A stretch of DNA of 64,000 nucleotides from positions 59,614-123,613 of the forward strand of contig JBHHVU010000002.1 of NCBI GenBank assembly GCA_046754465.1. Reading direction: 5' to 3'. Made by a program: the position numbers and the translations under genes. Every line of letters starts with the position of its first letter. Position 1 is the first letter of the stretch. The notes beneath the pieces are model-generated. The model saw nothing but the letters and a program-made list of their open reading frames with translations, was not told the DNA's origin and ran no database searches. This DNA comes from Nitrospinaceae bacterium. GTDB lineage: Bacteria > Nitrospinota > Nitrospinia > Nitrospinales > VA-1. Of the stretch, positions 18,510 to 28,188 are shown piece by piece.

Positions 18510-18911
18510 TCAGCCTCTCCTCCGGTTAGAAACCAGGTTGATTACCTTACCTGAGTTTTTTAAAAAAATTCAGATTATCTTCTTTGGTTTTGCCTTGTCC
18601 AGAAACCGGACGGTTCTTTTCCTTCTTCTTTCCTGCTCCCTGCTCCGGGCAGGGAGACCCTCTTTCCTTCAAACCATACATCATTTCTCCGGTGATGTAA
18701 AGTCAATAAATATTGGGGGTTAGAAGAATAGTCCCCATCCCGGACGCCTCATTCGCGAGAAAGCAAAATTCTCCGTGTTCGAATCCCAAGAGGGTTGAAA
18801 AAATAGACCGGAATGGATTTTTCGGATTACCAAAAAGTTTTCGGAACAGCAATATGCCTGGAGCCCTGGAAAATCCATTCTTGGGAAAATGTTATCCGGA
18901 AAATTTCATGT

Positions 18912-21575
18912 TTACGGTTTCTCACGATTTTTCAGAGCTCTGAGTTCGTAAAGCAAATCCAGGGCCTGCCGGGGCGTCAGGTCGTCAGGGTTGACGGAAT
19001 CCAGTTTTTGGAAGAGGGGATGGCTTTCTTCGTGGAAGATCGTCATCTGCCGGGGGCCTTTGTCCTCGCGGGGTTCCTCGGACCGGGAAATTTTCGGGAC
19101 CCCCACCTCATCGAATTCGCTTTTTTCCAGGTTGCCCAGGACTTCCCGGGCGCGGTTCAGAACTTTTTCCGGCAACCCGGCCAGCCGGGCCACCTGGATG
19201 CCATAGCTTTTATCCGCGCCGCCGGGGGCGATTTTCCGCAAAAAGATGATTTCATCGTTCCATTCCTTCACCTGAACATTGTAGTTTTTGACTCTCGGGA
19301 GGACCAGGGCCAAATCGGTCAGCTCGTGGTAATGAGTGGCGAAGAGGGTTTTGGGTCCTCCTTTTTCCCAATGGTTTCCGTGCAGGTATTCCACGATGGA
19401 CCAGGCGATGCTGATTCCGTCGAAGGTACTGGTTCCCCTGCCAATTTCGTCCAGGATGATCAGGCTGCGGGAGGTCGCGTTGTTGAGGATATTGGCGGTT
19501 TCATACATTTCCACCATGAACGTCGACTGCCCCTTCAGAAGGTGATCCTGGGCGCCCACGCGTGAAAATATCCGGTCGACCAGCCCGATCTCCGCCTCAC
19601 CCGCGGGAACAAAACTGCCGATCTGGGCCATCAGGGTGATGAGGGCCACCTGCCGGAGATAGGTGGACTTGCCCGCCATGTTGGGTCCGGTGAGGATCGT
19701 GATCTGCTGATCCTCCGTGTCCAGCAGGGTGTCGTTGGGGATGAACGGGTTCGATGGATCGATCCTTTCAATGAGCGGGTGGCGGCCGTCTTCAATGCGG
19801 AGGAGGGTGTCGCCGGTGATCGTGGGCCGGCAGTAATTGTACCGGTGGGCGGTTTCGGCCAGGGCCGTCAGGGCATCAATCTCGCTGATGATCCGGGCCA
19901 TGTGCTGGATGCGCCGCCCCTCGGCGGCCACCTGTTCACGGACCTCCTGGAAAAGCTTCCATTCCAGTTCCGTTATTTTCTCCTGGGCGCCGGTGATTTG
20001 GGTTTCATATTCCTTCAGTTCGGGGGAGATGAACCGCTCGGCGTTGACCAGGGACTGTTTGCGGATGTATTCCCTCGGAACCCGGTCCAGGTGCTTTTTA
20101 GTGATTTCAAGGTAGTATCCGTAGATTTTGTTGAAGCCGACTTTCAGGACGGGGATGCGGGTGCGTTCCTTTTCACGGGTTTCCAGGGCGGCGATCCAGT
20201 TTTTTCCGTCGCGGCTGATCGATTTCAACCGGTCCAGTTCCTCATCGCGGCCCGGCTTGATCAGGTTGCCGTCCTTGAGGTTCAGGGGCGGGTCTTCCAC
20301 GAGCGTCCGACCGATGAGGGAGACCACCTCTTCCAGGTTGTCCCAGGATGCGATGATTTTCGAGAGGGTTTCCGACGGGCATTGTTCGATCTCCCGAAGG
20401 ATTTCGGGAAAGGTTTGCAGCGAACGTTTTAGCATGATCAAATCGCGCGGTCCGCAGGCGGAAAGGGCGATGCGGCCCACGAGCCGCTCCAGATCGTGAA
20501 TGTGCCGCAATCGCTCGCGGAGCTGTTTACGGAGAAACAGGTTTTCCTTGAAAATCTCCACCCGTTGCAGCCGCTCCTCGAGAGCCTGGAGGTCCACCAG
20601 GGGTTTCAGAATCCATTCGTGGATTCTGCGCGCCCCCATGGGCGTCCGTGACAGGTCCAATAGATCCAGGAGCGAGTTTTTGCGGGCGCCCTCGCTCGAC
20701 CGAACCAGTTCCAGGCTTTTGACGGTGGTCTGGTCGAGAAGCATGTAATTATGAATATGGAAGGTGGTGATCGAATTGATGTGCCTGAGAGAGGATTTCT
20801 GGGTCGTGTGCAGGTAATGAATCAGTGCGCCGGCGGCGGACACGGCGTATTTCAGGTCCTCGCATCCAAACCCTTCCAGCGACCGGGTTTTAAAATGGTC
20901 CAATAATTGGCGGTACGCTTCCCCCTGTGAAAAAATCCAGTCCTCCAGGCTGTGGAGATAGTATTGGCCGGGGTTCCAGGGCGGTTCCTTGCCGCCATGT
21001 TCCTGGGAGAACGATTCCGGAACCAGGATTTCCTTCGGATCGATTTTTTCTAATTCGTCCGCCAGCAGCGATTCGGCGTTCTTCCCGTGAATTTCGGTCA
21101 CCTTGAAGAGTCCCGTGGAAACGTCCAGCGCCGCAAGGCCCAGTCCCTGCCGCCCAAAATACATGGACACCAGGAAATGGTTGGTTTTGGGGTCGAGCAT
21201 GGCGTCGTCGAGAACGGTCCCGGGCGTGACGACGCGGACGATCTCCCTTTTGACCAGGCCCTTGGCCATTTGTGGATCTTCCGTTTGCTCGCAGATGGCG
21301 ACCTTTTTCCCGGCTTTGATCAACCGGGTGATATAGGCGTTGGCGGAATGGAATGGAATGCCGCACATGGGGATGGAGTTGGTTTTGCTGCGGGAGGTGA
21401 GGGCGATTTCCAGGATGCGGGAGGCGACTTTGGCGTCTTCATGGAACATCTCGTAAAAATCGCCCATGCGGAAAAACAGGATGGCGTCGGAGCATTCCCG
21501 TTTGATGCGATGATATTGCCGCATCATCGGCGTTTCCTGCTCCACGGGACGGTTGGTCTGGGAACCCGGTTCCAT
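18912..21575 (-). CDS. mutS: DNA mismatch repair protein MutS
   Basis: N-terminal PMMRQYHRIKRECSDAILFFRMGDFYEMFHEDA and Walker A TGPNMAGKSTYLRQ. An alternative start at MMRQY (21527) is possible. Confidence 0.93.
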   Translation of the reverse strand: MEPGSQTNRPVEQETPMMRQYHRIKRECSDAILFFRMGDFYEMFHEDAKVASRILEIALTSRSKTNSIPMCGIPFHSANAYITRLIKAGKKVAICEQTEDPQMAKGLVKREIVRVVTPGTVLDDAMLDPKTNHFLVSMYFGRQGLGLAALDVSTGLFKVTEIHGKNAESLLADELEKIDPKEILVPESFSQEHGGKEPPWNPGQYYLHSLEDWIFSQGEAYRQLLDHFKTRSLEGFGCEDLKYAVSAAGALIHYLHTTQKSSLRHINSITTFHIHNYMLLDQTTVKSLELVRSSEGARKNSLLDLLDLSRTPMGARRIHEWILKPLVDLQALEERLQRVEIFKENLFLRKQLRERLRHIHDLERLVGRIALSACGPRDLIMLKRSLQTFPEILREIEQCPSETLSKIIASWDNLEEVVSLIGRTLVEDPPLNLKDGNLIKPGRDEELDRLKSISRDGKNWIAALETREKERTRIPVLKVGFNKIYGYYLEITKKHLDRVPREYIRKQSLVNAERFISPELKEYETQITGAQEKITELEWKLFQEVREQVAAEGRRIQHMARIISEIDALTALAETAHRYNYCRPTITGDTLLRIEDGRHPLIERIDPSNPFIPNDTLLDTEDQQITILTGPNMAGKSTYLRQVALITLMAQIGSFVPAGEAEIGLVDRIFSRVGAQDHLLKGQSTFMVEMYETANILNNATSRSLIILDEIGRGTSTFDGISIAWSIVEYLHGNHWEKGGPKTLFATHYHELTDLALVLPRVKNYNVQVKEWNDEIIFLRKIAPGGADKSYGIQVARLAGLPEKVLNRAREVLGNLEKSEFDEVGVPKISRSEEPREDKGPRQMTIFHEESHPLFQKLDSVNPDDLTPRQALDLLYELRALKNREKP

Positions 21576-21586
21576 CGGTGCTTTGG

Positions 21587-22075
21587 CTATAAAAGGATTT
21601 GTTGGAAATGCGGTGCCATTTTTTCGTAAGTGGCCCGGAGGTGTTCGGGGTGGATTTTGGTGTCGGCGAGGACCGGCATGTAATTGGTGTCACCGGTCCA
21701 CCGGGGAACGATATGGACATGAATATGCTCATCGAATCCCGCGCCTCCGGCCTTACCCAGGTTGATGCCAATGTTGAATCCCTCGGGGGCGGTCACGGTC
21801 CTCAGAATTTCCACGCATTTTCGTGTCAGGTGGTTCATTTCCGCGCACTCTTCCTCGTCCAGCAAGGTGAGGCAGGAAAGGTGCCTGTAAGGGGAGATCA
21901 TCACGTGACCGGTGTTGTATGGAAAAATATTCATGATGATAAAACAGCGGGGTCCCTTGAACAGGATGAAATTTTTCTCGTCGTCGCCAGCCCGGGGCAG
22001 GGTGCAGAAGATGCATTCCCCGGACTTGTCCCCCTGAATGTATTCCATCCGCCAGGGCGCCCAGATTTGTTTCAT
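21587..22075 (-). CDS. HIT family protein
   Basis: Histidine triad HVHIVPRW. N-terminal APWRMEYI block typical of HIT hydrolases and transferases. Confidence 0.8.
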   Translation of the reverse strand: MKQIWAPWRMEYIQGDKSGECIFCTLPRAGDDEKNFILFKGPRCFIIMNIFPYNTGHVMISPYRHLSCLTLLDEEECAEMNHLTRKCVEILRTVTAPEGFNIGINLGKAGGAGFDEHIHVHIVPRWTGDTNYMPVLADTKIHPEHLRATYEKMAPHFQQILL

Positions 22076-22112
22076 GGCTATACGTTGAGTGGGTATTTGA
22101 AAAAATTACAAG

Positions 22113-22586
22113 TCAGTAGTTACAGGAATCCGTCGGTTTTTTCCCCGGAAAAAGGATTTCGAACAATGCCCAAGTTTTTTGTTTCATGCGTTCCGCTTCT
22201 TTTTCGGAGCGTTCGTGGTCGAAACCCAAAAGATGAAGGAGCCCGTGAATGACCAGGAGGCCCAGCTCCTCATTCAGGGAAAATCCGTGCTCCGCAGCCT
22301 GACGTTGGGCGGTTTCCACCGAAATTACCACGTCGCCGAGCAAATGGGAAATGAATTCGCCGGGTTCCCCTCCGCCCTGGGGAAAGGACAAAACGTCGGT
22401 GGGGGCGTCGAGATTCCTGTATCGATGATTGAGATCCCGCATTTTCGCATCATCGACAAGCAGAACGCTGATTTCTTTTTCGCCGCAACCCATCTCTTCC
22501 AGGACGCGCCGGATCTGTTTCTTGAAAACACGGGAATCGACCCGGATTTTCTTTTGGTCGTTGCGAATGAGGATTTCCATGGGCAT
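22113..22586 (-). CDS. ybeY: rRNA maturation endoribonuclease YbeY
   Basis: Metal-binding motif HGLLHLLGFDH. About 150-aa size class. Confidence 0.88.
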   Translation of the reverse strand: MPMEILIRNDQKKIRVDSRVFKKQIRRVLEEMGCGEKEISVLLVDDAKMRDLNHRYRNLDAPTDVLSFPQGGGEPGEFISHLLGDVVISVETAQRQAAEHGFSLNEELGLLVIHGLLHLLGFDHERSEKEAERMKQKTWALFEILFPGKKPTDSCNY

Positions 22587-22698
22587 GGCCTGATTTCAGG
22601 AGGTTGAACCCCCGGCCTTGGGGTTTTCCGCGGGGCAAAAAGCGGTTCGCCGGGCGGAAAGTTCCCGGGGGTGAACGGGGGTGCGGGAAACTCCCGGA

Positions 22699-23682
22699 TC
22701 ACTCCGCGGCGCCGTTTTTATCGTAGGCGGTGATGATCTTTTTGACCAGGTCGTGCCGGACCACATCTTTCTCGGTGAAGTAGATGAACTGAATGCCTTC
22801 AATATTCCGCAACAATTTTCCCACATGGATCAATCCGGACTCTCCGGGGCGGGGGAGGTCCACCTGTGTGATGTCCCCCGTGACCACCATTTTTGACCGA
22901 AAACCCAGACGCGTCAAAAACATTTTCATCTGTTCCCGGGTGGAGTTCTGTGCCTCATCCAGGATGATGAACGCGTCGTTCAAGGTTCTGCCGCGCATAT
23001 AGGCCAGGGGCGCGATTTCGATGATTCCATCCTGGATCATCTGCCAGACCTGGTTGGATTCCATCATATCGTTGAGGGCATCGTAAAGCGGCATCAGGTA
23101 GGGATGGATTTTTTCGGAGATGTCCCCCGGCAGAAATCCCAGTTTTTCCCCGGCCTCCACCGCGGGGCGAACCAGCACGATCTTTTTGAACCGGCGTTTG
23201 AGCAGGCCCTCCACGGCAAGGGCAACCGCGAGATAGGTCTTCCCAGTGCCCGCCGGCCCGATGGCGATGATGATATCGGTTTGTTGGGCGGACCGGATCA
23301 ATTCCCGTTGGGCGGGTCCCTTGGGGGTGATGAACCCCCGGCTGGGGACCACCGTCACCCGCTCGGTGAAGATCGACTTGAGGTCGACTTCCGGGTCGTC
23401 CGCCACCAGGCGGATGGCGAATTTGATGTCCCCGTTTTGCGGTGGAATTTTGCCGCCATACAATTTCTGGATCTCGGCGATCAGGTGGTCCACCTTCTGG
23501 AGAGATTCGGGCGTCCCGGTAACTTTGATTCGATTTCCACGCGTCGTGATGCGGACGTTGAATTTTTTTTCGATTTGTTTGAGGTTGACGTCGTGGATCC
23601 CGAAAATTTCGGGAATCAGTTTATTGTTTTCAATTAATATTTCCTTGGTGGCGGTGGCGGGCAAACGCGGGTCATCTTTCAT
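22699..23682 (-). CDS. ybeZ: PhoH-like ATPase (YbeZ)
   Basis: Walker A GPAGTGKTYLAVA. Lies upstream of ybeY, the conserved ybeZ-ybeY arrangement. Confidence 0.88.
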   Translation of the reverse strand: MKDDPRLPATATKEILIENNKLIPEIFGIHDVNLKQIEKKFNVRITTRGNRIKVTGTPESLQKVDHLIAEIQKLYGGKIPPQNGDIKFAIRLVADDPEVDLKSIFTERVTVVPSRGFITPKGPAQRELIRSAQQTDIIIAIGPAGTGKTYLAVALAVEGLLKRRFKKIVLVRPAVEAGEKLGFLPGDISEKIHPYLMPLYDALNDMMESNQVWQMIQDGIIEIAPLAYMRGRTLNDAFIILDEAQNSTREQMKMFLTRLGFRSKMVVTGDITQVDLPRPGESGLIHVGKLLRNIEGIQFIYFTEKDVVRHDLVKKIITAYDKNGAAE

Positions 23683-23802
23683 AAAAAGGCTGGCTTGTTA
23701 TATTCAGGAATATTTTTACCCGTCAAACCCGGGGAATTGTAAAGGGATGAATCCATAACGGGTAAAATAATTTCTCCGGTTTCCGAGGGTTTATGCGGCA
23801 TT

Positions 23803-24360
23803 TCAGCGCCGGGTGCCCTGGGGCTGGATGAGATCCAGAAACTCACTTCGGGTTGTGGAATTTGTTTTGAAGCTGCCCAGCATGGAACTGGTGGTTGAAT
23901 AGGAGCTTTGTTTTTCGACGCCCCGCATCGCCATGCACAAATGAAGGGCTTCGATGACCACCGCGACGCCCTTGGGTTTCAGGATCCTCTCCAGACATTC
24001 CGCGATTTGCGTGGTCATCCGCTCCTGGACTTGTAATCTGCGGCTGAAAACATCGACGATTCGCGGGATTTTGCTCAATCCGATGATTTTGCCCTGCGGG
24101 AGATAGGCCACATGGCATTTGCCGAAAAAAGGCAGCAGGTGGTGCTCGCAAAGGCTGAAGATGTCGATATCCTTGACGATCACCATCTCATCGTAGTCTT
24201 CCTCATACAAGGCGCCATTGACCAGTTGATCGATATTGGACCAGTACCCGCTGGTTAGGAATTTCATCGATTTGACCACCCGTTCCGGCGTGTTTTTGAG
24301 CCCTTCCCGCGCGGGGTCTTCGCCGAGTTCCACCAGTATTTGTTCAATCAATCCTTTCAC
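23803..24360 (-). CDS. folE: GTP cyclohydrolase I
   Basis: Blocks [28 protein letters not shown] and [23 protein letters not shown] match FolE. Confidence 0.9.
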   Translation of the reverse strand: MKGLIEQILVELGEDPAREGLKNTPERVVKSMKFLTSGYWSNIDQLVNGALYEEDYDEMVIVKDIDIFSLCEHHLLPFFGKCHVAYLPQGKIIGLSKIPRIVDVFSRRLQVQERMTTQIAECLERILKPKGVAVVIEALHLCMAMRGVEKQSSYSTTSSMLGSFKTNSTTRSEFLDLIQPQGTRR

Positions 24361-24767
24361 GGTTTGCCTCGATAAATGACGTAATTTCGTTCGGATTCGT
24401 AAAGTTTGAGTTCATGGAGGGCACCGTGAGCGATTTTGGGTTCCAGGATTTCCCAAAACCGGATGGCGATATTTTCCGCGGTGGGAATGACCTCCTTTAA
24501 AAAATCCACATCGACATTCAGGTTTTTGTGGTCCACTTTTTGGATGATCTCCTGGTGGATGAGTTTTTTCAGGGATTTCAGATCCAGAACCATTCCGGTT
24601 TCAGGTGCCACTTCGCCGCGCACGGTGACTTCCAGGACATAATTGTGGCCGTGGCCGTTGGGATTATTACACAGGCCGAATATTTCGGCGTTTTTTTCGT
24701 CGGAAAATTCCGGGTTGAACAGGCGGTGGCTGGCGCAAAACTCCAACCGCCGGGTGATGAATATCAT
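24357..24767 (-). CDS. queD: 6-carboxy-5,6,7,8-tetrahydropterin synthase / 6-pyruvoyl-tetrahydropterin synthase family
   Basis: LEFCASHRL...GHGHNY motifs. 4-nt overlap with folE. Confidence 0.85.
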   Translation of the reverse strand: MIFITRRLEFCASHRLFNPEFSDEKNAEIFGLCNNPNGHGHNYVLEVTVRGEVAPETGMVLDLKSLKKLIHQEIIQKVDHKNLNVDVDFLKEVIPTAENIAIRFWEILEPKIAHGALHELKLYESERNYVIYRGKP

Positions 24768-24803
24768 GGCGTCGTGTCCGGTATAAGCTGGGGAAGGTTC
24801 GTT

Positions 24804-24995
24804 TTACTTCAGGTATTTCCTTTTGTTGTCCGTCTTATAAAACCCCGGTCCGTACAAATGAAAGGTCATTTTACTAAACGATTTGTGCAGGGGCCCCCCA
24901 CACTCCTCGCATTCGGTTACAGGTTCGTCGGTCACCTTTTGCAAAAATTCAAACGTCTTTTGGCATTTTTCACATTGGTATTCATAAAAGGGCAT
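24804..24995 (-). CDS. FmdB-family zinc-ribbon protein
   Basis: MPFYEYQCEKCQKTFE ... CEECGG pattern (two CxxC pairs). Start trimmed to MPFYEY. Confidence 0.7.
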   Translation of the reverse strand: MPFYEYQCEKCQKTFEFLQKVTDEPVTECEECGGPLHKSFSKMTFHLYGPGFYKTDNKRKYLK

Positions 24996-25068
24996 GAAGA
25001 AAATCACCTCCCAGTTTTCAAATGGAACGAGCCCCGTTTCTTAGTAATATAATACTCCGCGCGTCCAT

Positions 25069-25551
25069 TCAGTTCAATCCGGTCCAGGGGGCTCCGGTCC
25101 AAAGGGTTTTTCTCAGGGGGTTGGTTCCCCGGAAAATATTCAAGGTCTTGGAAATATTTTTTTTCACTTCATCCAGTTGATAAACCGGCGAGGGAAGGGT
25201 GAGACCCCAATCCGGATCGTATATACCCACCAGCATACCCCGGTCGCCGAGTATCTGGAGAACGATAAACTTTTCCATGGAATATTTTTTCTGCACTTCC
25301 GGGGGCATCATATAAGTCTCATTTTGCCCCTTGGAACCAAATCGCATGACCGCTTTTCCAGTTTCCACCGGCTCGAAAGGGATGGATTGAATATAATTGT
25401 CCAGTTCGGCAAAAATATTTTCCATTGGAAATACCACAATACCAAAATTTTCGGAATTTTTGTAGAGCTGGTAGCGATACGAATCGGCGGTCCAGGCCGC
25501 GGCGGGACTGAAAAAAGATATCAGGATCAGGCAGAATAAAATTTTTTTCAT
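25069..25551 (-). CDS. Secreted hypothetical protein
   Basis: 160 aa with signal peptide MKKILFCLILISFFSPAAA. No recognisable domain. Confidence 0.4.
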   Translation of the reverse strand: MKKILFCLILISFFSPAAAWTADSYRYQLYKNSENFGIVVFPMENIFAELDNYIQSIPFEPVETGKAVMRFGSKGQNETYMMPPEVQKKYSMEKFIVLQILGDRGMLVGIYDPDWGLTLPSPVYQLDEVKKNISKTLNIFRGTNPLRKTLWTGAPWTGLN

Positions 25552-25617
25552 GGCATTTAGATGGTTGAGGACTCTTCAAGGTTTCCGGATCCTTGAAAAA
25601 TAATTTTCGTAACCTGC

Positions 25618-26034
25618 TCAGGGAAGAATTTCCATTTGGTTGAAAAAATAATGGATTTCAAATGCCGCGGTTTCCGGCGAGTCGGAACCATGCGCGGAAT
25701 TTTTCTCCAGATTGATGGCGAAATCCTTCCGGATGGTCCCCTCCGTGGCTTCCAATGGATTGGTCGCGCCCATCAATTCTCTCCAGGCTGCGATCGCCTT
25801 CTCCCGGTCTAGGACCATGAGGATCACTGGGCCGGAACTCATGTAGGTGGTCAAATCGTTAAAAAATGGCCTCGCCTTGTGAACGTGGTAAAATGCCTCG
25901 GCCTGACCCTTGGTCAAGTGCGCCCGCTTCAACGCTACAATTTTAAACCCATTGGATTCGATTCGTTCGATAATTTTTCCTATCAGATTACGTTCTACCG
26001 CGTCCGGTTTGATGATGGCCAGCGTTCTTTCCAT
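25618..26034 (-). CDS. ndk: Nucleoside diphosphate kinase
   Basis: [12 protein letters not shown] ... NSAHGSDS active-site region. Confidence 0.92.
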   Translation of the reverse strand: MERTLAIIKPDAVERNLIGKIIERIESNGFKIVALKRAHLTKGQAEAFYHVHKARPFFNDLTTYMSSGPVILMVLDREKAIAAWRELMGATNPLEATEGTIRKDFAINLEKNSAHGSDSPETAAFEIHYFFNQMEILP

Positions 26035-26073
26035 ATGCAGTTGTCCTGAGAAGTTTAAAAATTGTGATGGGCA

Positions 26074-26112
26074 AGAAAAAAAAAGGTATCTGAGCCCCCC
26101 GGCTCAAATACC
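26074..26112 (-). terminator. Rho-independent terminator downstream of the oxidoreductase delta gene
   Basis: 12-bp stem ggtatctgagcc/ggctcaaatacc (one mismatch) with a cccc loop, followed on the minus strand by a 9-10 nt T-run. Confidence 0.6.
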
Positions 26113-26129
26113 TTTTAAAAAAAAACAAT

Positions 26130-26393
26130 TTATCTTAAGATGACCCCGGTTTTCTTGATGACAAAACCTTCATCCAGGTCTTCGATCCATTTCATTTTAA
26201 TCGCATGGTTCTTGGCGATATCGTCGCATATGTAAACGCAGATTTCGCAGGCTTTGCAGCGATCCACGGAAATAAAGGCGGATTTGTCGGCCTCACTGTA
26301 ATTGATGCAATTGGGCTCGGGACAATAGGTCGTACAGAGGTGACAGTTCTTTTGCGAACAAATGTCCTTGTCGACTTGTGCAACGTAGTACAT
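26130..26393 (-). CDS. 2-oxoacid:ferredoxin oxidoreductase delta subunit (2x[4Fe-4S] ferredoxin)
   Basis: 87 aa with two Cys clusters (CSQKNCHLCTTYCP and CKACEICVYICD). Position in operon. Confidence 0.75.
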   Translation of the reverse strand: MYYVAQVDKDICSQKNCHLCTTYCPEPNCINYSEADKSAFISVDRCKACEICVYICDDIAKNHAIKMKWIEDLDEGFVIKKTGVILR

Positions 26394-26414
26394 GACTTCT
26401 CCAGATTAAAAGGT

Positions 26415-27128
26415 TTAAACAGCCAAGGAAATTTCACTCAACGGAACGGAGTCCTTATGAGCCCAACCCTGGTCGATAATGTACTGGTAAGACGCTTGCA
26501 GGGTTTTCATATTGGCTTCCAAAAGTTTCGCCTTTTTGGCGAACTTTTTCTCGATGGCGCTGTCCAGCGCCGCGGTGCCTCCGGAAACGACGATGCCTTT
26601 TCCGATGAACCGGTCCTTGACGGATGCCGCGAGTGATTCCAGATCGGGCATGCCAAAAATTGCCGCGATCGCCCCGCACATGGCCATATTGGTGGCCAGC
26701 TCCGTCTTGGCGACATCATTCGCCAACTCCGTGGCGGGGATATAATAGATCCGGGCTTTTTGGTCTTCCAACTCCTTCTCTTCGTCCCGGCTGAGCGGCA
26801 AGGGACTTTTGTTGTTGATCAGAATGATCCCATTTTCTTTCAGCCCGGTGTAGAAAGGCATGGTATAGGATTTTCCGAGCGTGATCACGGAGGGATGAAA
26901 AATCATGATGACGTTGGGATAGATGATCTCCCCGATCTCGTAAATGACTTGGTTGGAAATTCTCACATAACTTTCGACGGGCGCGTTCCGTTTTTCCGAA
27001 CCGAAAAATGGCACGAGCGAGCTGTGCCCGCCGGAGATGACCACGCCGTTACTGATGATATGGGATGCGGTCACCACGCCCTGACCCCCAATCCCCGCCA
27101 TGCGCATGTTATAGCGTTTGACTGCCAT
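26415..27128 (-). CDS. 2-oxoacid:ferredoxin oxidoreductase gamma subunit
   Basis: N-terminal RMAGIGGQGVVTASHII typical of POR/KOR gamma. Confidence 0.8.
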   Translation of the reverse strand: MAVKRYNMRMAGIGGQGVVTASHIISNGVVISGGHSSLVPFFGSEKRNAPVESYVRISNQVIYEIGEIIYPNVIMIFHPSVITLGKSYTMPFYTGLKENGIILINNKSPLPLSRDEEKELEDQKARIYYIPATELANDVAKTELATNMAMCGAIAAIFGMPDLESLAASVKDRFIGKGIVVSGGTAALDSAIEKKFAKKAKLLEANMKTLQASYQYIIDQGWAHKDSVPLSEISLAV

Positions 27129-27144
27129 AATTCTTTCCCTCCTT

Positions 27145-28011
27145 CTATTTTTTCGCTTTTTTATCCTTGGCTTCGATTTCTTTTAAATAATCCTTGGCTC
27201 GGTCGGAGATGATCTCTTCAAACCCGTAACGGTCTTTTTCCACATCGAAAGCGTCCTTCATGACATCGGGGGTGGGAATGGAGTATTCGATGTTACAGGA
27301 GGTGTAGGCCTGTACGTAGGTGGCGCCGAATTCCCTGGCTACCAGGATCGCGCGCCGCACGGTCCGGGCGCAGCGGGCGGGGTTGGTTGGAGCCAGACGG
27401 GCGATGTAATCCAGGTTGGCGACCTTGGCCAGTCCCATGACATCCATTTTGTCATCCTTTTTGCCCCTCGGCGCCATCTTGAGGACCTTGCCCTTGTTGG
27501 TCATGCCGCTTTCCTGGCCCCCGGTGTTGCCGTATACCTCATTGTCGAGCATGATTGTGGTGAATTTTTCATGCCGGAACCAGCTATGCATCAAACCCTG
27601 AAATCCGATATCCACCAGGCCGCCGTCTCCAGCCACAACCACAACATCTTTTTTCTGATCGGGAAAACGAATTTCCAGGCCGCGTTTCAATCCGGATGCC
27701 ACGGCATTGGTGTCACCGTAATTTCCGTAAATGAATGGGACGGAGGCCTGGGACAGCGCCAAACGCCCACAGCCCGCGGTGCCCACGACGATCGTATGTT
27801 CGGGACAGGGCATCCCGATATAAATCAGCCGGATGAACAGGGACATGGCGCAACCCGCGCACATGGGGTGTTCTTCGATCACTTCCTTGAATTTTCCCAT
27901 GTCGGTGACTTTTACCTGCCTGCCATAGGGGCCAAGTTCCACCAAATCCTTATATTCCACGGGAAGAAAATCCTTAAACGCGGGAGAGGGTTTTAAGGTT
28001 TCTAATGACAT
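27145..28011 (-). CDS. 2-oxoacid:ferredoxin oxidoreductase beta subunit (TPP-binding)
   Basis: CAGCAMS... and TPP motif VVVAGDGG.VDIGFQ. Confidence 0.88.
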   Translation of the reverse strand: MSLETLKPSPAFKDFLPVEYKDLVELGPYGRQVKVTDMGKFKEVIEEHPMCAGCAMSLFIRLIYIGMPCPEHTIVVGTAGCGRLALSQASVPFIYGNYGDTNAVASGLKRGLEIRFPDQKKDVVVVAGDGGLVDIGFQGLMHSWFRHEKFTTIMLDNEVYGNTGGQESGMTNKGKVLKMAPRGKKDDKMDVMGLAKVANLDYIARLAPTNPARCARTVRRAILVAREFGATYVQAYTSCNIEYSIPTPDVMKDAFDVEKDRYGFEEIISDRAKDYLKEIEAKDKKAKK

Positions 28012-28188
28012 GATTGTTTCCTTTATGTTAAAGAAGTGCTTTTTTTGATTGGGTTTAAGGTGGTTCCAACCGACTTAATGTAAAACTTTAAGCTCGGAGA
28101 AACCGGGAACCCCGTGATTTCCCTTGAGGCAGGGAAACCATGAAATCCAGGAGCCCAGCCCAGCCCGGGCCGGGTCCCTAATCTTCTG

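Noticed and set aside
18777-18786. GTTCGAATCC motif resembling a tRNA or tmRNA T-loop
   Set aside because: The flanking sequence cannot form a T-stem, acceptor stem or anticodon arm, and there is no CCA-adjacent tmRNA-like 3-prime structure.
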